Assembly (NCBI GenBank): GCA_031416315.1
Contig: JANOTL010000094.1
Coordinates: forward strand, 32,001-96,000
From: Pseudomonadota bacterium
Lineage (GTDB): Bacteria > Bdellovibrionota_B > Oligoflexia > Oligoflexales > CAIYRB01
Length of the DNA: 64,000 nucleotides
Direction: 5' to 3'
Shown: positions 45,755-55,520 of the stretch, piece by piece
Layout: every line of letters starts with the position of its first letter
Position numbering within the stretch: the stretch's first letter is position 1
Position numbers and translations under genes: made by a program
Notes under the pieces: model-generated
Seen by the model: the letters and a program-made list of their open reading frames with translations, nothing else
Databases searched by the model: none
Told to the model about the DNA's origin: nothing

Positions 45755-47545
45755 ATGACCTCTCGCATCATATCGCTGCTATGTCTCACGATTTTCTCGG
45801 CGTGCGTCGCGCAAAGACCGGCTGGATCGGCGGCGCTGCGGACGTCCGCGCCGTCTCCCGTCTCGGTCGCCCCTGTCGCATCGAAGCACCAGCTCGGCAC
45901 GCAAGGCGCCGTCGCCACCGCGCACGCCCTTGCCTCGGACGCCGGCCTTCGCGTCCTGCAGCAAGGCGGCAACGCGATGGACGCGGCCATCGCCTCTTCG
46001 TTCGTGATCTCCGTGGTGCGCCCGCAGTCGACGGGCATCGGCGGCGGCGGCTTCATGCTCTGGAGCGACGCGGCGACGGGCGAGGTGGAGGTCTTCGACT
46101 TTCGCGAGCGCGCGCCGCTTGCCGCAACCGAGACGATGTTCGTCGACGCTGCCGCGCGGGGGCTGGTGAAGCCTTCGGTCGACGGCCATCTCGCCGTCGC
46201 GACGCCGGGCCTCGTCGCCGGCCTTCACGAGGCGCACCGGCGCCACGGGAAGCTGGCGTGGGCTGCTCTCTTGCAACCTGCGATCGACGTCGCCGAGAAC
46301 GGTTTTCCCGTGTATGCCGGTCTTGCCGACGCCATGAAGGAGCGCCGTGAGATCCTCGGCCGCTACGCGAGCTCGCGCGCGATCTATTTGCGCGACAGTC
46401 AGCCGCTGGCCCTCGGGGACACACTAGTGCAAGCCGATCTCGCCTGGACTCTGCGCCAGATCGCGGAGCGTGGCGCGAAGGGCTTTTATGAGGGACCGGT
46501 TCGCGAGCTTCTGCTCGCGGAGATGCGACGCGGCGGCGGCCTGGTCACGGCCGAAGATCTCGCGATCTACCGCGTCCGCAAGCGCGCGCCGGTCGAGGGT
46601 GTCTATCGCGGCCGCCGCATCGTCTCGATGCCTCCGCCTTCGTCGGGCGGCATCGCGATTCTCGAGATGCTCAACATGCTCGCCGGCGATAATTTACCAG
46701 CGTTGGGACGCGAAACCTCCCGCGGGCTGAACCTCCTCGCCGAGACCATGCGCCGCGCCTTCGCCGATCGCGCCCGCTGGCTCGGCGACACGGATTTCGT
46801 GTTCGTCCCCGTACAGGGACTCTTGTCCCCGGCGTACGCGCAGGCTCGCCGCCGCTCGATCGATCCCGCGCGCGCCAGCCGCTCCGTCGACGTTCCGGCC
46901 GGCGAGCCGGACGGCATGCCGCTTCGCTCCCGCCGCGAGGTGCCACCGCCGCGCGAGTCGCCGTCGACGACGCATCTCAGCGTCATGGACTCCGCCGGCA
47001 ACGCGGTCGCCACGACCCAAACGGTGAATTACTCCTTCGGCTCCTGCGTCGTCGCCGAAGGCACGGGTGTCGTCCTCAACGACGAGATGGACGACTTCTC
47101 CATCGAGCCAGGCGTCCCGAATGTGTTCGGCTTGGTCGGCGGCGCCTCGAACGCCGTGGCGCCGCTGAAGACCATGCTCTCGTCGATGTCGCCGACCTTC
47201 GTCTACGATTCCGACGGCAAGCTCGTGTTGGCCCTCGGCTCGCCGGGCGGCCCACGCATCATCTCGGCGACCTTGCAGACCATCCTCAACGTCGTCGACT
47301 TCGGGCTCCCCCTCCCCGAGGCCGTGGCGGCGCCGCGGATCCATCATCAATGGCAGCCCGACAAGCTCCGTGTAGAGAAGGCCCGCTTCTCGCCCACTTT
47401 GCTGGCCGCGCTGCGCGCCATGGGCCACGAGGTCGACGAGAGCGGCCCCATCGGCGACGTGCAGGCCGTGGCGCGAAATGCCGCGACCGGCGTCCTCGAA
47501 GCCGCTTCGGATCCGCGCTCGGAAGGCGAGGCGCGGGCGTATTGA
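45755..47545 (+). CDS. ggt: Gamma-glutamyltransferase (lipoprotein-like leader)
   Basis: GGNAMDAA, GIGGGGF, DFRERAP, TTHLS nucleophile, NDEMDDF, SSMSP, GSPGG. Confidence 0.95.
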   Translation: MTSRIISLLCLTIFSACVAQRPAGSAALRTSAPSPVSVAPVASKHQLGTQGAVATAHALASDAGLRVLQQGGNAMDAAIASSFVISVVRPQSTGIGGGGFMLWSDAATGEVEVFDFRERAPLAATETMFVDAAARGLVKPSVDGHLAVATPGLVAGLHEAHRRHGKLAWAALLQPAIDVAENGFPVYAGLADAMKERREILGRYASSRAIYLRDSQPLALGDTLVQADLAWTLRQIAERGAKGFYEGPVRELLLAEMRRGGGLVTAEDLAIYRVRKRAPVEGVYRGRRIVSMPPPSSGGIAILEMLNMLAGDNLPALGRETSRGLNLLAETMRRAFADRARWLGDTDFVFVPVQGLLSPAYAQARRRSIDPARASRSVDVPAGEPDGMPLRSRREVPPPRESPSTTHLSVMDSAGNAVATTQTVNYSFGSCVVAEGTGVVLNDEMDDFSIEPGVPNVFGLVGGASNAVAPLKTMLSSMSPTFVYDSDGKLVLALGSPGGPRIISATLQTILNVVDFGLPLPEAVAAPRIHHQWQPDKLRVEKARFSPTLLAALRAMGHEVDESGPIGDVQAVARNAATGVLEAASDPRSEGEARAY

Positions 47546-47606
47546 GCCTCCGGAAGCATCGTGACTTTTCCCGGTCCACCCCTTAGGCTGGCGCCCGGAG
47601 GACCCC

Positions 47607-48563
47607 ATGCGCGCCAAGATCCTGATTGCTCTCGCTTTGCTGCTCGCCGTCGGCTTCGGTGTCGGCGTCGCCCATTTCGCTGACCCCGACGCGACGCCCG
47701 GCAGCGCCGTCGCCTCGCGCTTGCCCGCGGACGAGGTCAAAGTCGCCACCGTCGAGGAGCTGATCAAGGCCGTTCGCTCGCACCGGACGATCCTCCTGGC
47801 AGAAGGCGACTACGTCTTCAACGACTCGAATCTGATCGGCGGCAATCCGAACGCCGTTTCCTACGCCGGTCTCTCCCCACATTACGAGGCTGCCGTCTTC
47901 CGCGATCTCGAGGACGTCGCGCTCGTCGGCCTTGGCAAAGGCGCGCGCATCCTCCAGCCCGACGGTTACAACTGGGTCCTGAGCTTCATGGACGTGAAGA
48001 AGCTCACGCTGAAGAACCTGGTCCTCGGCCACCACATCGACAAGGGTTATTGTCAAGGCGGCGTCTTACGCATTGTCGGAGGTCACGACATCCTGGTCTC
48101 GGAGGTCGACCTCTTCGGAAGCGGCACTGAGGGGCTCTCCCTCGCCGGCGTGCACGGCATGACGGTGGAGAAATCGGTGATCCGCGACTGCACCGAGAGC
48201 CTGATGTCGATCGCGGCGTCGACCGGCATCAAGTTCGTCGGCACCTCGATCCGTGACAACAACGCCAGCCTTCGCGGCATCGCGGTCGATCATTCCCAGC
48301 TGGAATTCGTGGATTCCGACATCGTCGGCAACGTGACTGACGACGTCGCGATCGAAGGCTACGGCGAGCTGTTCGACCTCGATCCGGGCGAGTATCTTGT
48401 CGACTTCATCAAGAGCGGCCTCAGCCCGAAGTCGCCGGCGGCGCCCGCGGCGAAGACCGTGATCCGCTACACGCGCGGCACCGTCGCCGGAAACAACTTC
48501 AAAGAAGTCACCTACGACCCCGCCGTCGTCTCTTTCACCGACACCAAATTCACGAGACCCTGA
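47607..48563 (+). CDS. Exported right-handed beta-helix protein
   Basis: N-terminal TM/signal, TVEELIKA...ILLAEGDY, parallel beta-helix-like repeats. Confidence 0.7.
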   Translation: MRAKILIALALLLAVGFGVGVAHFADPDATPGSAVASRLPADEVKVATVEELIKAVRSHRTILLAEGDYVFNDSNLIGGNPNAVSYAGLSPHYEAAVFRDLEDVALVGLGKGARILQPDGYNWVLSFMDVKKLTLKNLVLGHHIDKGYCQGGVLRIVGGHDILVSEVDLFGSGTEGLSLAGVHGMTVEKSVIRDCTESLMSIAASTGIKFVGTSIRDNNASLRGIAVDHSQLEFVDSDIVGNVTDDVAIEGYGELFDLDPGEYLVDFIKSGLSPKSPAAPAAKTVIRYTRGTVAGNNFKEVTYDPAVVSFTDTKFTRP

Positions 48564-48565
48564 CG

Positions 48566-48799
48566 ATGGAAATGTTCCCGCTCCGCGGCGATCACGTGAC
48601 CCTAGCCCAAGCTTTGAAGGCTTTGGGCCGCGCCGGCTCGGGCGGCGAAGCCAAGGTCTTCGTCCGCGAGGGCCACGCCTCGGTCAACGGCGTCGTCGAG
48701 ACCCAGCCCGGGCGCAAGCTGCGCGCCGGGGACGTTTTCTCCGTGGTCGACGGCGATGCGAAGCTTGAATGGCAGGTCACGCCGGCGCCGACCGATTAG
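48566..48799 (+). CDS. S4-domain RNA-binding protein (YaaA/YbcJ-like)
   Basis: TLAQALK...SGGEAK...VNG.VET..GRKL..GD. Confidence 0.88.
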   Translation: MEMFPLRGDHVTLAQALKALGRAGSGGEAKVFVREGHASVNGVVETQPGRKLRAGDVFSVVDGDAKLEWQVTPAPTD

Positions 48800-49203
48800 G
48801 CCCCGCAACTCGCCTTGCGCCGCACCGGCACCTCGACCCGATCCTCGTAGTCCCACAAATAGCCCGTCGCCGGGTCGATCAGAAAACCGTAAATGAAGAA
48901 GAGGTTCGCCCAGAAGGCTCGGTGCAGGCTCTTCGGCACCGCGAAGCTGGTCGCGTCGTAGCACGGGTCGATCACCTTGATCTCGATCCCCGTCCAGCTC
49001 GAGCGCCCGACCACGGTGCTCGGCAGCGAGCTGAGGTAGGACCCGTCGGCCGTGACCACCTCGATCTTCACGCCGGTGCGCTGGTCGCCCGCTTTCGCGA
49101 TCAAGGTCTGGGAGCCCTGATTGTTGAGGGTGGCGCAGCCCGCCGCGCCGAAGAGGAGGCCGATGCCGAAAGTGATCGTCCCTAGTGACTGCGCTAGCTT
49201 CAT
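48796..49203 (-). CDS. Small lipoprotein (tandem paralogue B)
   Basis: AGCATL lipobox; SSWTGIEIKVIDPCY, IDPATG.LW.YE. Confidence 0.78.
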   Translation of the reverse strand: MKLAQSLGTITFGIGLLFGAAGCATLNNQGSQTLIAKAGDQRTGVKIEVVTADGSYLSSLPSTVVGRSSWTGIEIKVIDPCYDATSFAVPKSLHRAFWANLFFIYGFLIDPATGYLWDYEDRVEVPVRRKASCGA

Positions 49204-49640
49204 CGGGATTCTCCGCGACAATCTTTGAGACGCGTGACCGGTAGCACCACCATGCTCTCGTAGTTCCACAGCGAGCCGGCGATCGGATCCACCGCGAAGT
49301 AAATCAAGCCCAGCGGTTGACTGAACAAAAGCGCATGACTCCAGAGCGCGTTGCCCCAGTAAGTCGTGTCGATCGATGACGGCACTGCGTACGTCAAGGG
49401 CGCGTAGCATCGATCGACGACGCGGATCTCGACGCCGGCCCAGCTCGACTCGGCGAACACGACGGCCGGCGTCTTCGTCGCATAGGCCCCGGTCGACGTC
49501 GACACCTCGATCGCGACCGCGTGCTCCGGATCGGCGGAGATCACGTTAATGCCCTGCGAGGCGCGATTGAGCATCGTCGCGCAGCCCGAGAGAAGTCCGA
49601 GAGCCGCAGTCAGAAGAAGGAGTCGAAAGCTTCGTTTCAT
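49200..49640 (-). CDS. Small lipoprotein (tandem paralogue A)
   Basis: SGCATM lipobox; SSWAGVEIRVVDRCY, VDPIAG.LW.YE. Confidence 0.78.
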   Translation of the reverse strand: MKRSFRLLLLTAALGLLSGCATMLNRASQGINVISADPEHAVAIEVSTSTGAYATKTPAVVFAESSWAGVEIRVVDRCYAPLTYAVPSSIDTTYWGNALWSHALLFSQPLGLIYFAVDPIAGSLWNYESMVVLPVTRLKDCRGESR

Positions 49641-50863
49641 GGTGTGCGCCCGATTCGCAAGATCTTGTCCCCGCTCGTACAGCTGCCGCGTCCATCGCAT
49701 TCGCTCGTCGTCGCATAGAGAGCGCCGTCCGGACCCATGATCACGTCGCGCAAGCGCCCATAGCCACGCGCTCCTTGCAGATAGGTCTCGCTGATCGTCA
49801 CCTTGTCCCTTTCGAGCCGGATCCGGTGCAGGTGCGGCACATCCTCGGCGAACCCGAGCACGCCGACGAAGACGTCGCCGCGCCACTCCGGGATCTCCGT
49901 GCCCGTATAGATCGCCGTGCCGCCGGGCGGCATCGGATCGGCCCAGCTCATGCTCGGCGCGACGTAACCCGGCAGGGATTCGCAGCCGTACACGATCGGC
50001 CAGCCGAGGTTCGCGCCCTTGCCGCCGACGCTGATCTCGTCGTGACCCTCGCGCGCGCCCTCCTGCGGCAGCCCGGTCGGTCCGTGGTCGGTGACGACCA
50101 TCCGATCCGGCGCGATCCAGTCGAAGCCTTGCGTGTTGCGGATGCCATAAATCCAGGTGCGCGAGCCCGGAAAAGGGTTGTCGTCCGGGACACTGCCGTC
50201 GTCGTTCACGCGCAAGATCTTCCCGGCGAGGCTGAAGGGATCCTGCGCCAAGGTCGGCGTTCCGGCGTCGCCCGTGCCGACGTAGAGCTTGCCGTCGGGG
50301 CCGAAGCGCAGGCGCCCGCCGTTGTGGAACTGCAGCGCGGGAATGCCGTCGACGATCACCTTGTCCGCCGCGGCGCTGGCGCCGTCCGCCGACAGCCGCC
50401 AGCGCTCGACGCGGTTGACCGGCAATCCTGCCGTCTCGCCCGTGTAATAGAGGTAGATCCAGCGATTCGCCGCAAACTGCGGGTGCAAAGCCATCCCGAG
50501 GAGGCCGCCCTCGCCCGAGTCGGCGATCGGCACCGTGGCGACGGGCGCCGGCACCAGCGTGCCGTCGGCCTTGACGCGCCGAATGGCGCCCGAGCGCTCG
50601 GTGACGAGGAGGTCGCCGTCGCCCGGCCACGCGATCGCCCAAGGCGTCTTCAGTCCCGTCGCGACGACTTTCGCGGTGATGGCGACGTCGCCGGCGGGCC
50701 CGTAACCCCGGGACTCCAGTTTGCAGCTGGAGAAGAGCCCGGTTTTCTCGCAGTCCGCCGTCAGGCCGAAAGGGCCGACGCCTGCCTTGCAGCGCGGGCC
50801 GCCGATCCACTGGCAACCGGCGAGGCCCAAGAGCGAGACGAGCGCTATGCGACGGGGAAGCAT
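49637..50863 (-). CDS. PQQ-dependent sugar dehydrogenase (sGDH/YliI-like) lipoprotein
   Basis: GLKTPW, GEGGLLG, HNGGRLRFGPDG, GIRNTQG, GRLRDV. Confidence 0.9.
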   Translation of the reverse strand: MLPRRIALVSLLGLAGCQWIGGPRCKAGVGPFGLTADCEKTGLFSSCKLESRGYGPAGDVAITAKVVATGLKTPWAIAWPGDGDLLVTERSGAIRRVKADGTLVPAPVATVPIADSGEGGLLGMALHPQFAANRWIYLYYTGETAGLPVNRVERWRLSADGASAAADKVIVDGIPALQFHNGGRLRFGPDGKLYVGTGDAGTPTLAQDPFSLAGKILRVNDDGSVPDDNPFPGSRTWIYGIRNTQGFDWIAPDRMVVTDHGPTGLPQEGAREGHDEISVGGKGANLGWPIVYGCESLPGYVAPSMSWADPMPPGGTAIYTGTEIPEWRGDVFVGVLGFAEDVPHLHRIRLERDKVTISETYLQGARGYGRLRDVIMGPDGALYATTSECDGRGSCTSGDKILRIGRTP

Positions 50864-50933
50864 GAGACATCCTACCTCATTCCGGACGCCGCCGAAGCTT
50901 GCTCTGGCCCGGAATAAGCCCTATGTACGGGGG

Positions 50934-51554
50934 GTGGACTCCCCGATCGAAAAGCGCCTGCGCGCGCTGCACCGCGAGCTCGAGCGCTGCAAATCTTGTC
51001 CGAAGGTGCAAGGCCCGGTCGTGCACGGCCCGCCGCTCGCGACGAAGATCCTCCTCGTTGGCCAAGCGCCTGGTCCGCATGAAGGTAGTATCGGCCGGCC
51101 GTTCGCCTGGACCGCCGGCAAGACCATGTTCCGCTGGTTCGAGACGGCGCTCGGCATCTCCGAGGCGGCCTTCCGCGCGCAGATCTACATGACGGCGGTC
51201 GCGCGCTGCTTTCCGGGCAAGGCCGCCGGCGGCGGCGACCGCAAGCCCAACGCCCAAGAGATCGCGGCCTGCGGCCGATTTCTCGCGCAGGAGGTCGAGA
51301 TCCTGCGCCCCGAGCTCGTCATCCCCGTCGGCACCTTGGCCATCGATCAAGTGCTCGGCCGCAAGGCGCCGCTCGTCGAGACGATCGGCCATGTCTTCAC
51401 GGTCGACTGGCAAGGCAACGCGGCCGACGCGATCCCGTTGCCGCACCCGAGCGGCGCCTCGCCCTGGCACAAGCTCGAGCCCGGAAAAACCCTCCTGAGC
51501 CAGGCGCTCGCGCTGATCGCGCAGCATCCGGCCGTCGTGAAAGCCTTTTGCTGA
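50934..51554 (+). CDS. Uracil-DNA glycosylase family protein
   Basis: CKSC, GQAPG, RCFPG, LPHPSG. Confidence 0.85.
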   Translation: MDSPIEKRLRALHRELERCKSCPKVQGPVVHGPPLATKILLVGQAPGPHEGSIGRPFAWTAGKTMFRWFETALGISEAAFRAQIYMTAVARCFPGKAAGGGDRKPNAQEIAACGRFLAQEVEILRPELVIPVGTLAIDQVLGRKAPLVETIGHVFTVDWQGNAADAIPLPHPSGASPWHKLEPGKTLLSQALALIAQHPAVVKAFC

Positions 51555-52375
51555 TGCTCCACCTCGTCGAAAAGGGCGATCCCGCGGGAACGCCCATCCT
51601 CTTCCTCCACGGCTTCCCTGACTTCCACTACGGCTGGCGTCGTCAAGTCCCGTTCTTTGCCGGCCACGGCTACCGCGTCCTCACGCCCGACCTCCTCGGC
51701 TACGGCAAGAGCGAGAAGCCGCGTGCCCTCGACCGCTTTCGCCTGAATGCGGTCGCACGCGAGGTCCTCGACCTGCTCGACGCGCGTGGAATCGAGACCT
51801 GTCACCTCGTCGGCCACGACTGGGGCGCCAGTCTGAGTTGGGTCCTCTTGAACGAGCATCCGGAGCGCTTTCGGACCGGCACGGTCATCTGCGTGCCGCC
51901 GCACCCGGTCTTCCAGGATTTCATCGTCCACAACCGCCACGGCCAAACTCTTCGCAGCTTCTACATGGCGCTCTTCCAGCTACCGTGGATGCCGGAGAAG
52001 CTCGTCACCGCGCGCGACGGCCGCGTTCTCGCTGGCATGCTGCGCAAGTCGAGCCGACCGGGAACGTTCACTGACGCCGATCTCGCGCTTTATCGCGACG
52101 CGTGGCGCGAGCCCGGCGCCCCGAGGGCGATGTTCAATTGGTATCGCGCCAACATCCGCAAGCCGCCGGATCGTGCCGACGTCGACGTCAAGGTGCCGAT
52201 GCTGATTCTCTGGGGCGACCGCGACTCCGCGCTCGATCACCATATGGCGGAGGCGTCGCTCGCGCATTGCCGCGATGGCCGCGTGCAGCATTTTCCGGAA
52301 GGCACGCATTGGGTGCACGCCGAGTTTCCGGAGGCGGTGAACGCGGCGATCCACGCGTTCGTCGCCGAGCAGTAG
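51554..52375 (+). CDS. Alpha/beta hydrolase, epoxide hydrolase family
   Basis: HGFP, GYGKS, GHDWGA, WYRA, THWV. Confidence 0.9.
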   Translation: MLHLVEKGDPAGTPILFLHGFPDFHYGWRRQVPFFAGHGYRVLTPDLLGYGKSEKPRALDRFRLNAVAREVLDLLDARGIETCHLVGHDWGASLSWVLLNEHPERFRTGTVICVPPHPVFQDFIVHNRHGQTLRSFYMALFQLPWMPEKLVTARDGRVLAGMLRKSSRPGTFTDADLALYRDAWREPGAPRAMFNWYRANIRKPPDRADVDVKVPMLILWGDRDSALDHHMAEASLAHCRDGRVQHFPEGTHWVHAEFPEAVNAAIHAFVAEQ

Positions 52376-52538
52376 TTCCCAAGCCGAAGTCGAAGTGGAC
52401 ATCGACTTGTGCCTATGCGTCTCGCTTGTGCGTGCTCGTGATCTCTCACGCGAGGCCTAGCCCGTTTACGCTCACGTCCCCGTAAACGTCGACGAACCTC
52501 CACGAGCCCAAGCGCGCCGTCGCCCGAATGCACGAAAC

Positions 52539-53159
52539 CTACGTCGAGCTCCGCCGCAAAATCCCCGCCAACACTCCCACGATCTCAACTTGATCCGCCG
52601 CCACGCGACGCACGTCGAACGCCGGGTTCGACGGAATCAAATGCGCCAGATCGTCATGGATCTGCACGCGTTTGAGAGTCACCTCGGCGCTCTCGACGCG
52701 AACGGCCGCGATCTCGTTCGGCCGGGCTTCCTTTTGAAGACGGATGATGGCCACGTCGCCGTCGGCGATCGCGTCGCCGCTCATGCTGTCGCCGCGGACG
52801 CTGACCGCCGCGAGGGAGCCGCGGCCGAACCAGTCCGGCATGAAGTCGACGTAGCTGTCCGGCATCTCGTCGACCGCGATCGGAGTGCCGGCGGCAATGG
52901 CCGAGACTAGAGGAATGCGGGAAGGCGGCGCGGGCGGAGCCAGAGCCTCGCCGCCGATGACGGTGAGTGCCCGCCCGCCGCGACCGCTGCGCTCCACGAA
53001 GCCTTTGCTCTGCAGAGCCGCGAGATGTTGCTGTGCCGTCGGGACGATGATCCCGAACTGAGCGGCGATCTCTCGGAGCGAGGGCGGATAGCCGCGCTCA
53101 TCCACCGAGGCTTCGATGTACTCTAGGATGGCGCGTTGCTTTTGGGTCAAATCCTTCAT
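52539..53159 (-). CDS. lexA: SOS repressor LexA
   Basis: LTQKQ, GYPPSLREI, IAAGTP cleavage site, GDSM Ser, TLKR Lys. Confidence 0.93.
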   Translation of the reverse strand: MKDLTQKQRAILEYIEASVDERGYPPSLREIAAQFGIIVPTAQQHLAALQSKGFVERSGRGGRALTVIGGEALAPPAPPSRIPLVSAIAAGTPIAVDEMPDSYVDFMPDWFGRGSLAAVSVRGDSMSGDAIADGDVAIIRLQKEARPNEIAAVRVESAEVTLKRVQIHDDLAHLIPSNPAFDVRRVAADQVEIVGVLAGILRRSST

Positions 53160-53175
53160 CCATATATTTGTATGG
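53160..53175. promoter_or_regulatory. Candidate LexA operator
   Basis: CCATAT-ATTT-GTATGG palindrome abutting the lexA start. Confidence 0.6.
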
Positions 53176-53197
53176 CATCCGGATCGATTTGGCAAGT

Positions 53198-53540
53198 CTA
53201 TCGCGCCGCTGCGTCCAAAGCGAAGGCCGCGTTGATCACGCCGAAGTGAGAATAGGTCTGCGGGAAGTTGCCCCAAAGCTCGCCCGTCGTCGGGTCGATA
53301 TCCTCGCTCAAAAGGCCGACGTCGTTCGCATGCGACAGGACGAGCTCGAAGAGTGTCCGCGCATCCTCCTCCTTGCCGATGCGGGCCAAGGCCTCGACCA
53401 TCCACAAGGAGCAGATCGTGAAGGCGCTCGTCGTCTCGCCGAAGCCGTCGTCGAACGAGTACCGTCGTAAGAGCCCCGAAGGCGTCGCCAAGCTCTTCCG
53501 GATCGCCTCGACCAACCGCGCCGCGCGCGGAGATCGAGCC
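53198..53540 (-). pseudogene. C-terminal remnant of GH15 glucoamylase/trehalase
   Basis: RY..DDGFG...AF.ICS.W, NDVGLLSEDID...GNFPQTYSH; in-frame stop shortly upstream, about 110 codons only. Confidence 0.8.
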
Positions 53541-53586
53541 GCATCGCTTTGCGGCTGCGGCGCTCCTCCACTAGACTCGTCGGTCT

Positions 53587-54276
53587 ATGGTCTTCAAGCG
53601 TTGGCACTCCTTCGACGTCCGCTTCCTCTGCCTCTTCGCCGCGACGCTGGCGCTCGGCTGGGGCTTCTTCGAGCTCGCCTCCGACGTGAGCGAAGGCGAC
53701 ACGCAGGCCTTCGACGAGAGCATCCTCCGCTATCTGGCCGCGCTCATGACGCCGACGGTCGTCGAGATCGCGCGTGACGTCACCGCGCTCGGCAGCTTCG
53801 TCATCCTGACGTTCTTGACGGCGTGCGTCACCGGCGGCCTCCTGCTCGCGCGCCGCTTTCGCGCGGCGCTGGGCCTCGCGACGAGCATCGCCGTGTGCGG
53901 CATTCTCAACGGGGCGCTGAAATCCCTGTATGCGCGCCCGCGTCCTTCCGTCGTGCAGCACCTCGTGCAGGCCTCCGGCGAAAGCTTTCCAAGCGGTCAC
54001 TCGATGGCCGCGGCCGCCGTTTACCTGACGCTCGCGACATTCGTCGCCTCGACGGTCAAAGCGCGCCGCTTCAAGGTCGGCATCATGACGCTCGCCGTCT
54101 TCCTCACGGTCAGCGTCGGCGTGAGCCGCTGCCTTCTAGGCGTTCACTATCCGTCCGACGTCTTCGGCGGCTGGCTGGCGGGCTCCATCTTCGCCCTGAT
54201 TTCCCGCCTCGTCAGCGCGAGCGTGCCGCACAAGGCGAATCCGGCCGCCACCGCGAACGCGACGCGCGATCCGTAG
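53587..54276 (+). CDS. PAP2-family membrane phosphatase
   Basis: K...ARPRP, SFPSGHS, SRCLLGVHYPSDV. Confidence 0.9.
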   Translation: MVFKRWHSFDVRFLCLFAATLALGWGFFELASDVSEGDTQAFDESILRYLAALMTPTVVEIARDVTALGSFVILTFLTACVTGGLLLARRFRAALGLATSIAVCGILNGALKSLYARPRPSVVQHLVQASGESFPSGHSMAAAAVYLTLATFVASTVKARRFKVGIMTLAVFLTVSVGVSRCLLGVHYPSDVFGGWLAGSIFALISRLVSASVPHKANPAATANATRDP

Positions 54277-55358
54277 GCCGTCATCAACCATCCGGTCAAG
54301 ATGCTCGACGGCAAGGCAGCGACGCCCAGGACGAGCTGCAGCGAGCCGAAGCCGGTGCCCCGTTTCTCCGGCGGCAGGAGGTCGGCGAGCATCGCTTTCT
54401 CCGTCCCGTCGGTGAAGCCGTAGAAGGCGCCATATGCGAAGAGCGCCGCCGCGAACCCGGTCGTCGACTCGACCAGGCCGAACGCGAGGTAGGCGCCGGC
54501 GTAGACGAGCCAGCCGAGGACCAGGATCCTGAGCCGCCCGATGCGGTCGCTCAACCTGCCGACGGGGATCGCGAGCGCTGCGGCGAGCCCGTTGAACGCG
54601 AGCATCAAGAGCAGAATCTCTTGAAAAGAGTAGCCGAGCTCGCTCGCGCGCAGGACGAGGAACGCGTCGCTCGAGTTGCCTAAGGCGAAGATTCCCACGG
54701 CCAAGAGATAGCCGCGTGCCTCGCGCGGCACCTCCCACGCGATGTACTTCTTCGCCTTCGTCGCGCGCGTGATGCGCGGCACGGCGAAGACCAAGAGCGC
54801 CACCGAGGCGAGCCCAAAGGGGATCGCGATCATCACGCAGCGTCGAAACGTCTCCTCGTCCACGGTGCCCGGACCGACGCCGACGAGAAGGACGACGACG
54901 ATTCCCGTCATCGCGCCGAGGGTGTCCAGGAACCGCGTGATGCCGAAGGCCCTGCCGCTCATGCCGACCGCGGCCGCATCCGCGACCATGGCGTCGCGCG
55001 GCGCGGAGCGCAGGCCCTTCCCCGTGCGGTCGAAGACGCGCGCGAGTCCGAAGAGGATTGGGACGTTGATCGCCAATAGGCAGATCCGCGCCAAGGTCGA
55101 CAGCGCATAGCCGCCGACCACCAGCGGCTTTCGCGACGCCATCCGGTCGGAGAGCCAGCCGGAGAATCCGCGCAAAAGGATCCCTACCGCCTCCGCCAAG
55201 CCCTCGACGACGCCGACGAAGGCGGGCGTTAGGCCGAGACTCGCCGTTAGATAGAGCGGCAAGGCGCGGGCGACGACCTCGCTCGAGCAGTCGTTGAGGA
55301 ACGCGACCCAACCGAGGCGCGTCGGAATCGACGGCGAGCCTTCCGACGCGTTTTTCAT
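54147..55358 (-). CDS. MFS transporter
   Basis: D.SSE, GWLSDR, DRTGKGLR.APRDA, GNSSDAFL, GRLSDRIGR. Confidence 0.9.
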   Translation of the reverse strand: MKNASEGSPSIPTRLGWVAFLNDCSSEVVARALPLYLTASLGLTPAFVGVVEGLAEAVGILLRGFSGWLSDRMASRKPLVVGGYALSTLARICLLAINVPILFGLARVFDRTGKGLRSAPRDAMVADAAAVGMSGRAFGITRFLDTLGAMTGIVVVLLVGVGPGTVDEETFRRCVMIAIPFGLASVALLVFAVPRITRATKAKKYIAWEVPREARGYLLAVGIFALGNSSDAFLVLRASELGYSFQEILLLMLAFNGLAAALAIPVGRLSDRIGRLRILVLGWLVYAGAYLAFGLVESTTGFAAALFAYGAFYGFTDGTEKAMLADLLPPEKRGTGFGSLQLVLGVAALPSSILTGWLMTAYGSRVAFAVAAGFALCGTLALTRREIRAKMEPASQPPKTSDG

Positions 55359-55520
55359 GAGATTTTTGATACAGATTCCTGATCCGATGCGCAAGGGAAG
55401 GTAACCAGCGTCCGGACTTAAGAGAAATCGATTGAATCGATCCATCGATAAGAAAAATCGATGGTCGCCGCGTTGAGCGCTGTCTCTTCACGCATTCGCG
55501 ATCGGCTCTTTTTCCTCGCC

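Noticed and set aside
52376..52538. Hexamer-like repeats and an 8-bp inverted repeat (CGTTTACG...CGTAAACG, 52463-52488) between convergent genes
   Set aside because: Short and degenerate; at most a terminator or REP-like relic
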